From Candidatus Aminicenantes bacterium (lineage in GTDB: Bacteria > Acidobacteriota > Aminicenantia > S016-38): a stretch of 56,651 nt of DNA. The position numbers and the translations under genes are program-made. The stretch is taken from NCBI GenBank assembly GCA_026991555.1, contig JALXBI010000064.1, positions 1-56,651 on the forward strand. Direction: 5' to 3'. Shown here piece after piece: positions 1-9,264 of the stretch. Within the stretch, counting starts at the first letter, position 1, and each line of letters starts with the position of its first letter. Below the pieces are notes generated by a model. The model searched no databases. It was not told the origin of the DNA and saw nothing but the letters and a program-made list of their open reading frames with translations.

Positions 1-2
1 AA

Positions 3-2744
3 CCCCTTCCCCTCCCCTACGGAGGGCTTGCCAGCTTCTCCCCGGACGGCAGGAAGATAGTCTTTAACAGAATTTTCAGGGACTTCAGGACCTGGAAAAA
101 ATACAAGGGGGGTATGGCCCAGGACATCTGGATTTACGACTTAAAAACCCTGAAATTAAAGAGGATTACTAAATACGAAGGCTCTGACCGTTTCCCCATG
201 TGGGCGGGAGACAAAATATACTTCGTCTCCGACAGGGTGGGCTGGAGGTTAAACCTATTTTCCTACGACCTTAAAACAGGGAAGATAACCCAGCTTACCC
301 ATTTTAAGGACTACGATGTCATGTGGCCCTCCTATGGGGACGGAAAAATAGTTTTTGAAAAGGGAGGAAGGCTTTTCCTTTACAATACCTCCACAGGAAA
401 AACCAGGGAAGTGAGGGTTGAGATTCCCACGGATAGGCTCTGGGCAAGACCGCACTGGGTATCCCTCAAGGATAGGGTAGAGGACTTTGATATTTCTCCC
501 CACGGTAAAAGGCTGGTGGTGGTAGCCAGGGGGGATATTTTCACAGTGCCGGCCAAGAAGGGGGACATTCTTCCCCTTACCCGCTCCTCTTCCTCCAGGG
601 AGAGATATGCCACCTGGTCACCGGACGGCAAATGGATTGCCTTTGTCTCGGACATGGGAGGTGAGGACGAAATTTACATAATGAAAAAGGACGGTGGCAA
701 GCCCATAAAAATAGCCTCCGGCGGAAAGTGCTTCAAATACTCCTTGGTCTGGTCCCCGGACAGCAGAAAAATAGCCTGGGCAGACAAGAACCTGGCCCTC
801 TGGTATGTGGACATTCACGAGAAAAAACCCCATCTCGTGGATAAGGCCAAGGTATGGGAAATAAGGGAATATGCCTGGTCACCGGACAGTCAGTGGATCG
901 CCTACGCAAAGCCTGAGGACAATATGCTGAGTTCCATATTCCTGTATTCCCTCAAGGAGGGAAAAATATACAGGGCCACTTCAAAAATGAACGACGATAA
1001 AAGCCCGGCCTTTGACCCCAAGGGCAGATATCTGTTCTTCATCTCCTCCAGGGATTATCATCCCACCTTAGGGCATTTTGAGCTCAGTTATACATACAAC
1101 AAGATGGACAGAATCTATGCCGTGCTTCTGCGCCCTGATGTTAAGAACCCCATGGCCCCTGAGGACGACCAGGAAACCCTGAATAAGGAGAAAAATGAGA
1201 AGCCCAAAAAAGAGGAGAAAAAATTCTCCATAGAAACCGGTGGGCTCCTCCACAGGGTGGTGGCCTTCAAGATGAAGCCGGGAAATTATTACGGCCTTAG
1301 CAGTGATGGGGAGAGGGTTTTCTATTTGGCCGCAGGAAATATGGGGGAAAACCCTAAGTTAATGGCCTATGACCTTTCCAAGCGGAAGGCCTATGTGGTG
1401 GTGGAGGGAGCCCGTTCCTATGCCCTCTCCGCCGACGGGAAGAAGTTAGCTTACATGGCAGGGAAAACCCTTGGAATCCTTGACTCCAGCGCCAAAGGAG
1501 CCTCCCCGGGAAAGGGGAAGGTTAACCTGGAAGGGCTGAAGGCGAAAATCCACCCACTCCAGGAATGGAAGGAAATATTCATGGAGGCCTGGAGACTGGA
1601 AAGGGATTTCTACTACCTTCCCAACATGCACGGGATAAACTGGAAGGAAATGATAAAAAGATGGGGCTCTCTTGTCCCCTACATTTCCCACAGGTTTGAC
1701 CTCAATTACCTGATAGGGGAAATGCAATCGGAACTCGGAACTTCCCATGCCTATGTGGGAGGAGGAGATTATCCTAAATTTGATAAAACCAATGTGGGAT
1801 ACTTGGGGGCGGACTTCGTCAAGGGGAAGAACGGGTATTACAGGATTTCTAAAATCCTGGAAGGGGCAAACTGGGAGGCCAAATACCGCAGCCCATTGAG
1901 GGCTCCTGGTATAAAGGTTAAAGAGGGGGATTACCTTATAGCCATAGAAGGTCAGGAGGTTCGCTGGCCCCATCAAATCGGAGAATTCCTGGAAGAAAGG
2001 GCCGGAAAGCTCACCAGAATTCTTGTAAATTCCAGGCCTTCTGCGGAAGGAGCGTGGGAAATCAAGGTGATACCCATAGCCAACGAAATGCCCCTCCGTT
2101 ACTATAACTGGGTTTTGAACAACCGAAGAAAAGTGGAGAAACTTTCAGGGGGGAAAATAGGATATCTGCACATTCCGGACATGAGCTTGGAGGGGCTAAA
2201 CGAGTTCGTTAAGGCCTATTATGCCCAGTTTGACAAGCAGGGAATCATCATTGATGTCAGGTTCAACGGCGGAGGCTTTGTCTCCGGAATGATTCTTGAA
2301 AGGCTGAGAAGGATAGTGGCCGCCATGGCAGCACCCAGGAACGCTGCCCCTGAAACATATCCCGCTGCCGCCTATCACGGATACCTTGCCTGCTTGGTAA
2401 ACCATTATTCCGCCTCCGACGGGGACATCTTCCCCTATTTCTTCAAATACTACAAACTGGGACCGGTAATTGGAACCCGGAGCTGGGGAGGAGTAGTGGG
2501 GATAAGGGGCTATCGCAGGCTCCTGGATGGGGGTTACATAACCACTCCGGAGTTCGGTCATTACGGCCTTAACGGGAAATGGATTATAGAGAACCACGGG
2601 GTTGACCCTGATATAGTTGTGGACAACCCGCCTGGAGCCTTAGTAAAGGGAAGGGACCCTCAGCTTGAGAAGGCAGTGGAAATTCTCATGGAGAAGATAA
2701 AGAAGGCTCCGCCCAAGCTCCCGCCGAAACCTTACGAGAAATAA
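3..2744 (+). CDS. Tricorn-type S41 protease (beta-propellers + PDZ + S41 domain), 5'-truncated by the window edge
   Basis: Frame is open from nt 3 (PLPLPYGGLASFSPDGRKIVFNRIFRDFRTWKKYKGG) into the tracked ORF, so the real start is outside the window. WSPDG propeller repeats; tricorn catalytic motifs GYLHIPDM, DVRFNGGG, SASDGDIF, GTRSWGG. Confidence 0.92.
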   Translation, partial: PLPLPYGGLASFSPDGRKIVFNRIFRDFRTWKKYKGGMAQDIWIYDLKTLKLKRITKYEGSDRFPMWAGDKIYFVSDRVGWRLNLFSYDLKTGKITQLTHFKDYDVMWPSYGDGKIVFEKGGRLFLYNTSTGKTREVRVEIPTDRLWARPHWVSLKDRVEDFDISPHGKRLVVVARGDIFTVPAKKGDILPLTRSSSSRERYATWSPDGKWIAFVSDMGGEDEIYIMKKDGGKPIKIASGGKCFKYSLVWSPDSRKIAWADKNLALWYVDIHEKKPHLVDKAKVWEIREYAWSPDSQWIAYAKPEDNMLSSIFLYSLKEGKIYRATSKMNDDKSPAFDPKGRYLFFISSRDYHPTLGHFELSYTYNKMDRIYAVLLRPDVKNPMAPEDDQETLNKEKNEKPKKEEKKFSIETGGLLHRVVAFKMKPGNYYGLSSDGERVFYLAAGNMGENPKLMAYDLSKRKAYVVVEGARSYALSADGKKLAYMAGKTLGILDSSAKGASPGKGKVNLEGLKAKIHPLQEWKEIFMEAWRLERDFYYLPNMHGINWKEMIKRWGSLVPYISHRFDLNYLIGEMQSELGTSHAYVGGGDYPKFDKTNVGYLGADFVKGKNGYYRISKILEGANWEAKYRSPLRAPGIKVKEGDYLIAIEGQEVRWPHQIGEFLEERAGKLTRILVNSRPSAEGAWEIKVIPIANEMPLRYYNWVLNNRRKVEKLSGGKIGYLHIPDMSLEGLNEFVKAYYAQFDKQGIIIDVRFNGGGFVSGMILERLRRIVAAMAAPRNAAPETYPAAAYHGYLACLVNHYSASDGDIFPYFFKYYKLGPVIGTRSWGGVVGIRGYRRLLDGGYITTPEFGHYGLNGKWIIENHGVDPDIVVDNPPGALVKGRDPQLEKAVEILMEKIKKAPPKLPPKPYEK

Positions 2745-2747
2745 AGG

Positions 2748-2774
2748 ACAGGGAGGGGGTCCTCCCCCTTCCTG
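2748..2774. terminator. Stem-loop between convergent genes, probable bidirectional intrinsic terminator
   Basis: ACAGGGAGGGG-gtcct-CCCCTTCCTGT, an 11-bp stem with one imperfect pair, between the stop codons at 2744 and 2776. Confidence 0.7.
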
Positions 2775-2775
2775 T

Positions 2776-5367
2776 TCAATAATTGAACCTGAGGCCTAAA
2801 ATTACTTCCCTTTCCCCGTATGTTCTGTAAGGGGGGAAAAAGGAACTGGAAGGGAAGAATTTTCCGTCCTCTGTAAGCAGTCCCTGAAAACCTCTGAGGG
2901 GAACCTCCACCCTGCCACCTAAGGCGTTGTTAATTCTTAAATACAGGGTTACATTTCCGAGGGAATAAGAAAGGGAAAGGTTTAAATTATGGATGGGGTC
3001 GGAGAGCTCGTATCCAGGGGCGGAAAGGAGAATTTTTTCCAGGTTGAAGGGAGGGGATTTTTCGCTTATGAAATATATCCACCTGTAAAGGGGCTTCCCG
3101 GAGCGATAATTGTAAAGGGCAGAGAAATAAAGGTTTTTAACAGGGGAAAGGGTAATAAGGGCGGCTAAATAAAGGGTATTGAAGCTGCCCTTTATGTTCT
3201 GCAGTTGATTGGGGGAGTATATCCTGGGATAGGATGGGCCCCAGTATCCCCTTTTCTGGGAATAAATCCCTTCCAGGAAGAAGGAAAATCTTCCGGTTAA
3301 ATATTTTCTGAGAAAGACCCTGAAATTTCTGCTCACCGCTGAAAGGTCCTTAACTGGGTAAGGGGAAAAGGCCCAGGAAAATTCACTTACCTTTTCTGTT
3401 GGGACAAAATAATAGAAAACGAACTCGCCGTCGTCCCCGGTGCCGAAAATCCCATCAGGTCCCGGTTCCTGAATGGTCTCTCCCTGCCACCAGTCCGATT
3501 CTTTGTTGGAACTTATCTTGGTATTTATAATGGCCGCCCTGTTGGAATAATTCTCAAGCCAGAACTGCGCGCCGTAGAAAACCCCTCCACTTTCACCGCT
3601 AAGCCCCAGGCTTATTACATCGGTAAACTCTGTGGGGAATGTGGAAGAAGGGGATGCGGGAGGAAGGATTCTTTTTTTCAGAACCTCATCCGGGGATAAA
3701 CTTCCATCTCCGTTGAGGTCCCTCCAGAAAACATCGGCCCATCCCTGAAACAGGGGATAATAAATCTCCATGTCCTCCACATCTATGGGCCTGGCAAACC
3801 TGGAAACCCCTCCCTGCATATACAGGCCCTTGAAAATTTCGTAGGTAAAACCCAGCCTTATACCGAAGCCTTCAGTGGAAACCCCGTTGAAGGAATAAAT
3901 AAGCCTCCTGGAGAAGACATCCTCGTTTCCCTGGCCGTTGAGAAACCCCCATTTCTCCAATCCGCTCTTTATCCCGGAGTTAAACCCGCTGTGGTAGCTG
4001 TCGTATCTTACCCCAGTGAAAAGGTTAAGCCTGCCAAAATTCCATACATCCTGAACCCTTAAGGAAATATGGTAAAACTTCCCGGACTGCTCCTCGTTGC
4101 CATAGGGATAAATTCTCCACCAGTAAAATCCTGCCCCAGGATAAACCTCCCCTCCAGAGGAGGAAAATTTAAGAACAGGTTCCTGGGACTTCCTGATTTC
4201 CCTCAGGGTCATATATTCAAAATCCCCACCGTAATTTATATAATGCTGGGCCCCGGCAAGGCGGTCAAAAAACAGCCTGCCATCAAAACCGAAATGGTAT
4301 CTTCTAAGCCTGGTATTTTTATTCAGAAAATAAGAGAACCATCCGGAGGAGAGATTTACCTCAGGGTATAAAGAGACTGTGTTTTCCTCTGCCTCCTTGG
4401 TCTCCACTCCTGCAGAAAACCCGAAGGGGGAGTTCAGCCTCTTTCCGTAATAGAGGAAAAAATCCCTCTGCCTCAGGTCCAGGGACGGCACATTTTCCCT
4501 GGGAAGCCAGGGCATTTCCTTTCCCCACTGGTGGGGCTCCCTCCTGCGGGAGACCATGGCAGAAGCTCCCCAATCCCCCTTGGCCAGGGAAAAATAACCT
4601 GAATAAAACTCTCTGGTGAATTCCCCAGCCCCTGGAAATTCCCTATTTTCCTTAGCGTAAAGCAGGGAAAAGCTCCCTTTATATCCGGAGCTTTCCACGG
4701 AGCCTGAGACCAGGGCGTTGGTAAAGCCGTGGGCGTATTGCCCAGAGCTTAAAGAGGAGGGGAGCATTTCAAATCCCAGGTAAATTCCCCCAGGGGAATA
4801 AAAATAGGAGTGTTTGCCGGGCCTCTCCTCCTCCACACTTCCCCTATCCCTGGAAAGGGCCAGATAACTTCCCAGAAAAGGTGCAGGCTCCGTCAGGGAA
4901 AAGGTAAAATGACCCTGGGAAAATTCCCTGCCATTTACGAAAAACCTTTCGCTTTTATCTTCCAGGGTTTCCCTGCTTTGGGAAAGGGTTTCACGGGGAG
5001 AAAACCCTTCCGCAGGCCAGAATTCTTCCCCTGCTGGCAGCCTCCGGGCCCCAGGGGGGCATTTCTCCACCCCCAATTTCAGGCTAACCGTATAGGAATT
5101 GACCACTCCAGGAAGCACAAGGGCTTCACCCTCCCTGGAACAAAAACCCTTCAACTTCGCCACAATCCTGTATTTGCCAGGGGGAAGTTCCGCTACGATT
5201 ACGCCGCTCTCGCCGGCAAAAAAGGTCAGGTTCTTTTCCCCGTAAAGTCTCAACCTGACGCCAGGGAGGGGGTTTCCGTATTCGTCAACGAAGGCCACCC
5301 TGAGGGTGGCAGCAAAAATGGGCAAGAAAAGCCACAGGAAGATCGCAGTTTTTATGGTTCTTTTCAT
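2776..5367 (-). CDS. TonB-dependent receptor-like (Oar-type) outer-membrane protein with N-terminal carboxypeptidase-regulatory-like domain
   Basis: Start moved to ATG 5367 (MKRTIK..., signal peptide). VDEYGNPLPGV...LPPGKYRIVAKLKGF N-domain, amphipathic beta-strands, TGVRYD motif, C-terminal beta-signal ILGLRFNY. Confidence 0.7.
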   Translation of the reverse strand: MKRTIKTAIFLWLFLPIFAATLRVAFVDEYGNPLPGVRLRLYGEKNLTFFAGESGVIVAELPPGKYRIVAKLKGFCSREGEALVLPGVVNSYTVSLKLGVEKCPPGARRLPAGEEFWPAEGFSPRETLSQSRETLEDKSERFFVNGREFSQGHFTFSLTEPAPFLGSYLALSRDRGSVEEERPGKHSYFYSPGGIYLGFEMLPSSLSSGQYAHGFTNALVSGSVESSGYKGSFSLLYAKENREFPGAGEFTREFYSGYFSLAKGDWGASAMVSRRREPHQWGKEMPWLPRENVPSLDLRQRDFFLYYGKRLNSPFGFSAGVETKEAEENTVSLYPEVNLSSGWFSYFLNKNTRLRRYHFGFDGRLFFDRLAGAQHYINYGGDFEYMTLREIRKSQEPVLKFSSSGGEVYPGAGFYWWRIYPYGNEEQSGKFYHISLRVQDVWNFGRLNLFTGVRYDSYHSGFNSGIKSGLEKWGFLNGQGNEDVFSRRLIYSFNGVSTEGFGIRLGFTYEIFKGLYMQGGVSRFARPIDVEDMEIYYPLFQGWADVFWRDLNGDGSLSPDEVLKKRILPPASPSSTFPTEFTDVISLGLSGESGGVFYGAQFWLENYSNRAAIINTKISSNKESDWWQGETIQEPGPDGIFGTGDDGEFVFYYFVPTEKVSEFSWAFSPYPVKDLSAVSRNFRVFLRKYLTGRFSFFLEGIYSQKRGYWGPSYPRIYSPNQLQNIKGSFNTLYLAALITLSPVKNLYFSALYNYRSGKPLYRWIYFISEKSPPFNLEKILLSAPGYELSDPIHNLNLSLSYSLGNVTLYLRINNALGGRVEVPLRGFQGLLTEDGKFFPSSSFFPPYRTYGEREVILGLRFNY

Positions 5368-5374
5368 GGGAGAA

Positions 5375-5380
5375 AGGATA
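5375..5380 (-). promoter_or_regulatory. Putative -10 box (TATCCT) 7 nt before the ATG at 5367; leaderless candidate
   Basis: Minus strand reads TATCCT-ttctccc-ATG; no Shine-Dalgarno. Weaker match than the other cases. Confidence 0.4.
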
Positions 5381-5403
5381 GAAAAAACCTCGGCAAAAAT
5401 CAA

Positions 5404-6666
5404 CTATTCCACTATGGAACGAAAGGGAGAAGCCGAAGAAAAACTAAGGGTAAAGGGACTCCAGTTTATCCCCTCCTTCACAGCTATGGGATACTGGCTC
5501 TGATAAAGGGGAAGAAAGGGTAACTCCTTCAGGAAGATTCGGTGGGCCCTTTTCCAGTCCCTCTCCTCCAGCGCTTTTTCCATTTCCCGGCTGCAGTATC
5601 CGAAATAATTGGCCGCTCCATTACAGGAGAGAATTTCCCTCAGGTCCGAGGGAAAATCTAAGGAGAAGGCGGAAAGGACCAGGTGGAAATTCCCGCTCCT
5701 GAGCCTGCGCAGGAAAATCCCCCGCTCTAAAGGGAGGATCCTTATTCCTCCCAAAACCTGCTGAAGGAGCTGTGCCACCATGAGCCTTTCCCTTCCCACC
5801 GAAGGGACCAGAAGTTCCAGTTTTTTCCCTGGCTGCCTTCCCTTGCATTGGACTCTTCCCTTATAAGGGAACCACAGCTGAAAGGGAGAAATCAGGGGCC
5901 GGGAAAAGCCCCGGGTAAGGGAGGAAAAATCCAGGTTTTCAACCCTGTGGGCTATCCAGCACCTTTCATTCTTAGGAATGTTTCTGAAACCAAGATAGAC
6001 GAAAAAAGGCCTTCTAATCCTGTAAATTCTGAATCCCTTAGATGGAAGGTAAAACGGAGAACCAACCCCTATGTCAGCTTCCCCGGCCTCCAGTTTCATC
6101 TTCATAACCGCCGGGTCCTTTACCTCAATAAGTTTTATCCTTCCGAAGGCAGTTCTGAGGGGAAACTTCTTCCTTTTCTCCAGAACTATTATTCCTGGCA
6201 AGATCCTGACAGGCCTGTAGGGACCGGATATGGGAAGCCCAGAATTCGGGCGAAAATTCTCAGGAAGCACGGGGAAAAGAAAGTGGTATTTCTCGGGCCG
6301 GGCAGGAAACCTAACGATGACCTTACCCCCTTCAACTTTAGCCTGGATGCCTCTCCAGTAAGGATAAAAGGGATTGCGCTGGTAAGAAGATAGGAAATTG
6401 TAAGTAAAAGCAAGGTCCTCAGAGGTTATGGGGCGACCATTTTCCCAGAAGAAACCTGAAACGACCTTAAGCACCGCCCTTTTCCCCCTGAGGGAAACCA
6501 GCCTGGCCACATAGGGGGCCAATTTTCCCTCAGCATCCAGTCTCAGGGGGGAAGCATATAGCATTTCAAGCACAGGGGTCTGACCCTCCAGGGTAAGGTG
6601 GAAGGGTCCAAGGTTGGTAGGGAGGGATGAGAGGGCGATGATCACAGAAAGAAGAAGTCCTTTCAT
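5404..6666 (-). CDS. ABC transporter substrate-binding protein, family 5 (peptide/nickel)
   Basis: PYVA..., FFWENGRPITSEDLAFT (family-5 WxDGxPxTAxDVxFT-like), SGPY, LEAGEADI, ELPFLPLY. Confidence 0.75.
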   Translation of the reverse strand: MKGLLLSVIIALSSLPTNLGPFHLTLEGQTPVLEMLYASPLRLDAEGKLAPYVARLVSLRGKRAVLKVVSGFFWENGRPITSEDLAFTYNFLSSYQRNPFYPYWRGIQAKVEGGKVIVRFPARPEKYHFLFPVLPENFRPNSGLPISGPYRPVRILPGIIVLEKRKKFPLRTAFGRIKLIEVKDPAVMKMKLEAGEADIGVGSPFYLPSKGFRIYRIRRPFFVYLGFRNIPKNERCWIAHRVENLDFSSLTRGFSRPLISPFQLWFPYKGRVQCKGRQPGKKLELLVPSVGRERLMVAQLLQQVLGGIRILPLERGIFLRRLRSGNFHLVLSAFSLDFPSDLREILSCNGAANYFGYCSREMEKALEERDWKRAHRIFLKELPFLPLYQSQYPIAVKEGINWSPFTLSFSSASPFRSIVE

Positions 6667-7088
6667 TTCTTCCTCCTGAACATAACCAGAGCGTCCTCCT
6701 TGGGAAAACTGTAATAATCCCTTATCTCTGCAACCACGCGGAAACCGAATTTTTTGTATAACTCAATGGCCGGGGTGTTTGATTTTCTTACTTCCAGGAC
6801 GAAGTATTCGGCGTCCTCATCAAGGCACTTCCTTAAAAGGGCGCTTCCTATCCCCCTCCTTCTTTTAGAGGGAGAAACTGCAAGGTTAAGGATGTGAACC
6901 TCGCCCAATATCTTTCTCCATATTATGTATCCCTCCACCCTTTCCTCCTCCCATACTAAGGCCGTGGAGAAGGGATTTTTAAGCTCAGAGGAAAAGGAGC
7001 CCTTCGACCAGGGGGAGGGAAAAACCTCTTTTTCTATTTCCACCACCCGGTCCAAATCCTCCTCTTTCATCCTTCTTATTTTCCCCAT
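6663..7088 (-). CDS. rimI: Ribosomal-protein-alanine N-acetyltransferase
   Basis: IEKEVFPSPWS, HILNLAVSP...RRRGIG, LEVRKSNTPAIELYKKFGF, YY...EDALVM; follows tsaB. Confidence 0.9.
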   Translation of the reverse strand: MGKIRRMKEEDLDRVVEIEKEVFPSPWSKGSFSSELKNPFSTALVWEEERVEGYIIWRKILGEVHILNLAVSPSKRRRGIGSALLRKCLDEDAEYFVLEVRKSNTPAIELYKKFGFRVVAEIRDYYSFPKEDALVMFRRKK

Positions 7089-7729
7089 TTCTTTATTTCC
7101 GCATCCGAGGCCCTGAGATAAAGGGGATATATTTTTCTGGGGTCCTCAATTACCTGGTCCCTCTTCCACAGTTCAAAACCGAGAAGGCCAACCTCGGCAG
7201 CGGAGAAAAGGCTCCTTCGGGAAATTTTCGCCCCCGGATTTTTTGATTTTATAAGCTCCCGGAACCTTAAGGCTCCATCCCCTATGAACACTTCCACCGG
7301 AAGGGAGGCGAATTCTTCTACAGAAAGGGAGGCAGGCTGCGTCTCCCTTTTCCCGTTTAAGTAAACGGCAGCGAAAACCTCCCCTTTCTTGGCATCTATT
7401 CCCACTGCGGTCTTTCCCATTTCCTTTAAACCCAAGGCATCTAAGGATATTACCGGAGCAAAGGGAATCTTCAGGGAGAAACAGAGGGCCTTGGCAGCCG
7501 AAAGCCCCACCCTTATCCCGGTAAAGGAACCAGGGCCAATGGTGGCGGCTATGAGATTTATATCCTCCTTTGCCAAGGAAAGAAGACGAAGGAGATAATC
7601 CACCGTAGGAAGGAGGTGGGAAGAATGGAAAAGCCCTATATTGAGGTTTATCTCCCCCAGCAGCCCTCCGGCCTCCAGAACCGCCACAGAAGGATACGCA
7701 GTGGAGGTATCCCACGCAAGAATTTTCAT
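7076..7729 (-). CDS. tsaB: tRNA threonylcarbamoyladenosine biosynthesis protein TsaB
   Basis: True start ATG 7729 (MKILAWDTST); GPGSFTGIRVG; IDAKKGEVF; PLYLR C-terminus. Confidence 0.92.
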   Translation of the reverse strand: MKILAWDTSTAYPSVAVLEAGGLLGEINLNIGLFHSSHLLPTVDYLLRLLSLAKEDINLIAATIGPGSFTGIRVGLSAAKALCFSLKIPFAPVISLDALGLKEMGKTAVGIDAKKGEVFAAVYLNGKRETQPASLSVEEFASLPVEVFIGDGALRFRELIKSKNPGAKISRRSLFSAAEVGLLGFELWKRDQVIEDPRKIYPLYLRASDAEIKKWGK

Positions 7730-7734
7730 AGGGT

Positions 7735-7753
7735 AATTATACTTTGTATAATT
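7735..7753. promoter_or_regulatory. Back-to-back TATAAT boxes forming a bidirectional leaderless promoter (tsaB / uppS)
   Basis: AATTATAC-ttt-GTATAATT perfect 8-bp inverted repeat. TATAAT (+) 7747-7752 is 7 nt before ATG 7760; TATAAT (-) 7741-7736 is 6 nt before ATG 7729. No room for an SD. Confidence 0.75.
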
Positions 7754-7759
7754 TGTTTT

Positions 7760-8491
7760 ATGGAAATTGAAGGGTTGAAGGGGAAGGCTGCGGAACTGGC
7801 CAAGGAGCTCCGGAAGGAAAAACTGCCCAAACATGTGGCTGTGATAATGGACGGAAACGGAAGATGGGCCAAAAAAAGGGGGCTCCCAAGGGTAAAGGGT
7901 CACGAGCGGGGGGCGAAAACCCTGAGGAAGGTGGTGGAACTTTCGGCAAAATTGGGAATTAAATATCTCACCGCCTTTGCCTTCAGCAAGGAAAATTGGA
8001 AAAGACCCAGGGAGGAGATAGATTTTCTCATGGGGCTTCTCCGGAGGTACCTGAAAAACGAGGTCCCCACCTTAGAGAAAAACGGGATAAAGCTTGAGGT
8101 GGCCGGGGACCTGGAGGAACTCCCAGGGGACCTTCAGGAAAAAATTAAAGGGGCCGTAGAAAGAACCTCTTCAGGGGAAAGGCTGGAGCTTATTTTAGCC
8201 ATAAACTACGGAGGAAGGGCGGAAATTTTGAGGGCAGCTAAGGGAATGGCCCGAGAGGGGAATTTTTCCCAGGAGGCCTTCCGGAGGCACCTGTATCTTC
8301 CCCATGTTCCTGACCCTGATTTGCTTATTAGAACCAGCGGAGAGATAAGGATAAGCAACTTCCTCCTCTGGCAGATAGCCTATACAGAACTTTACTTTAC
8401 CCCGGTTTTATGGCCGGATTTTAACGAAAGGGAATACATAAAGGCCCTTCTTGACTATCAAAGAAGGGAGCGGAGGTTCGGAAGGGTATGA
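7760..8491 (+). CDS. uppS: Undecaprenyl/polyprenyl diphosphate synthase
   Basis: Start moved to ATG 7760; HVAVIMDGNGRWA, AFSKENWKRP, AINYGGR, DLLIRTSGEIRISNFLLWQ, RRFG. Confidence 0.95.
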   Translation: MEIEGLKGKAAELAKELRKEKLPKHVAVIMDGNGRWAKKRGLPRVKGHERGAKTLRKVVELSAKLGIKYLTAFAFSKENWKRPREEIDFLMGLLRRYLKNEVPTLEKNGIKLEVAGDLEELPGDLQEKIKGAVERTSSGERLELILAINYGGRAEILRAAKGMAREGNFSQEAFRRHLYLPHVPDPDLLIRTSGEIRISNFLLWQIAYTELYFTPVLWPDFNEREYIKALLDYQRRERRFGRV

Positions 8492-9264
8492 AGGAATTTC
8501 TAACGAGAACCCTCTCCGCCCTTTTCCTCATAGCCCTAATTGTGGGGCTCACCCTGCTCCCTCCCCTCCCCTTTATCTTCTCCTTAGCCCTTATCCTCTC
8601 CGTTGCAGGATGGGAAATGGGCAAACTCCTGGGGGGAAGTGGGCTCTTCCCATGGCTGGGTGCCTTTAATCTCTTTGCTTTAATCCTGGGACTGTTCTTC
8701 CATTCTCCCCTTGAAATTAGCACATGCATTGTTGCCCTGGCTGGTTTTATGCTCCTTTTTACCACCAGGCGGGAAAACCTCGGGCAATTTTCCTCCAACA
8801 TATCCTCTGCCCTTATTCCTCCCCTTTTCCTGGCCTTTCCCCTTTTTCACCTTTATCTGATCTGGGAAAGGGGGATTTCATTCCTGTATTTCCTTATAAT
8901 TCTCATCTCCATAGCAGACACTGCAGCCTATCTTTTTGGAACCCGCTTCGGCAAGCACAAAATATTTCCCACCGCCTCCCCCAAAAAATCGTGGGAAGGA
9001 TTCCTGGCTGCCCTGGTCTTTGCGGAGCTTACGGGGATAGCCGGTGGGATAATACTAAATTTTTCCTACGGATGGCTGGTGGGACTTCTCACAGCCCTGG
9101 CTGGGCAGGTTTCGGACCCCATGGAAAGCCTGTTTAAAAGAGCAGCAGGGGTTAAGGACTCCTCCCATTTAATTCCAGGACACGGGGGAGTCCTTGACAG
9201 GATAGACAGTTATATACTGGCTGCCCCGGTTTTTTACTATTTGATTCACTGGTTAAGCCTATGA
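8488..9264 (+). CDS. cdsA: Phosphatidate cytidylyltransferase
   Basis: DTAAY, SPKKSWEG, SLFKRAAGVKDSSHLIPGHGGVLDRIDS. Confidence 0.95.
   Translation: MKEFLTRTLSALFLIALIVGLTLLPPLPFIFSLALILSVAGWEMGKLLGGSGLFPWLGAFNLFALILGLFFHSPLEISTCIVALAGFMLLFTTRRENLGQFSSNISSALIPPLFLAFPLFHLYLIWERGISFLYFLIILISIADTAAYLFGTRFGKHKIFPTASPKKSWEGFLAALVFAELTGIAGGIILNFSYGWLVGLLTALAGQVSDPMESLFKRAAGVKDSSHLIPGHGGVLDRIDSYILAAPVFYYLIHWLSL

Noticed and set aside
4810-5523. 237-aa plus-strand ORF, and the many other 60-200 aa alternative-frame ORFs in the track
   Set aside because: They lie wholly on top of well-supported genes and have low-complexity, motif-free translations typical of shadow frames.
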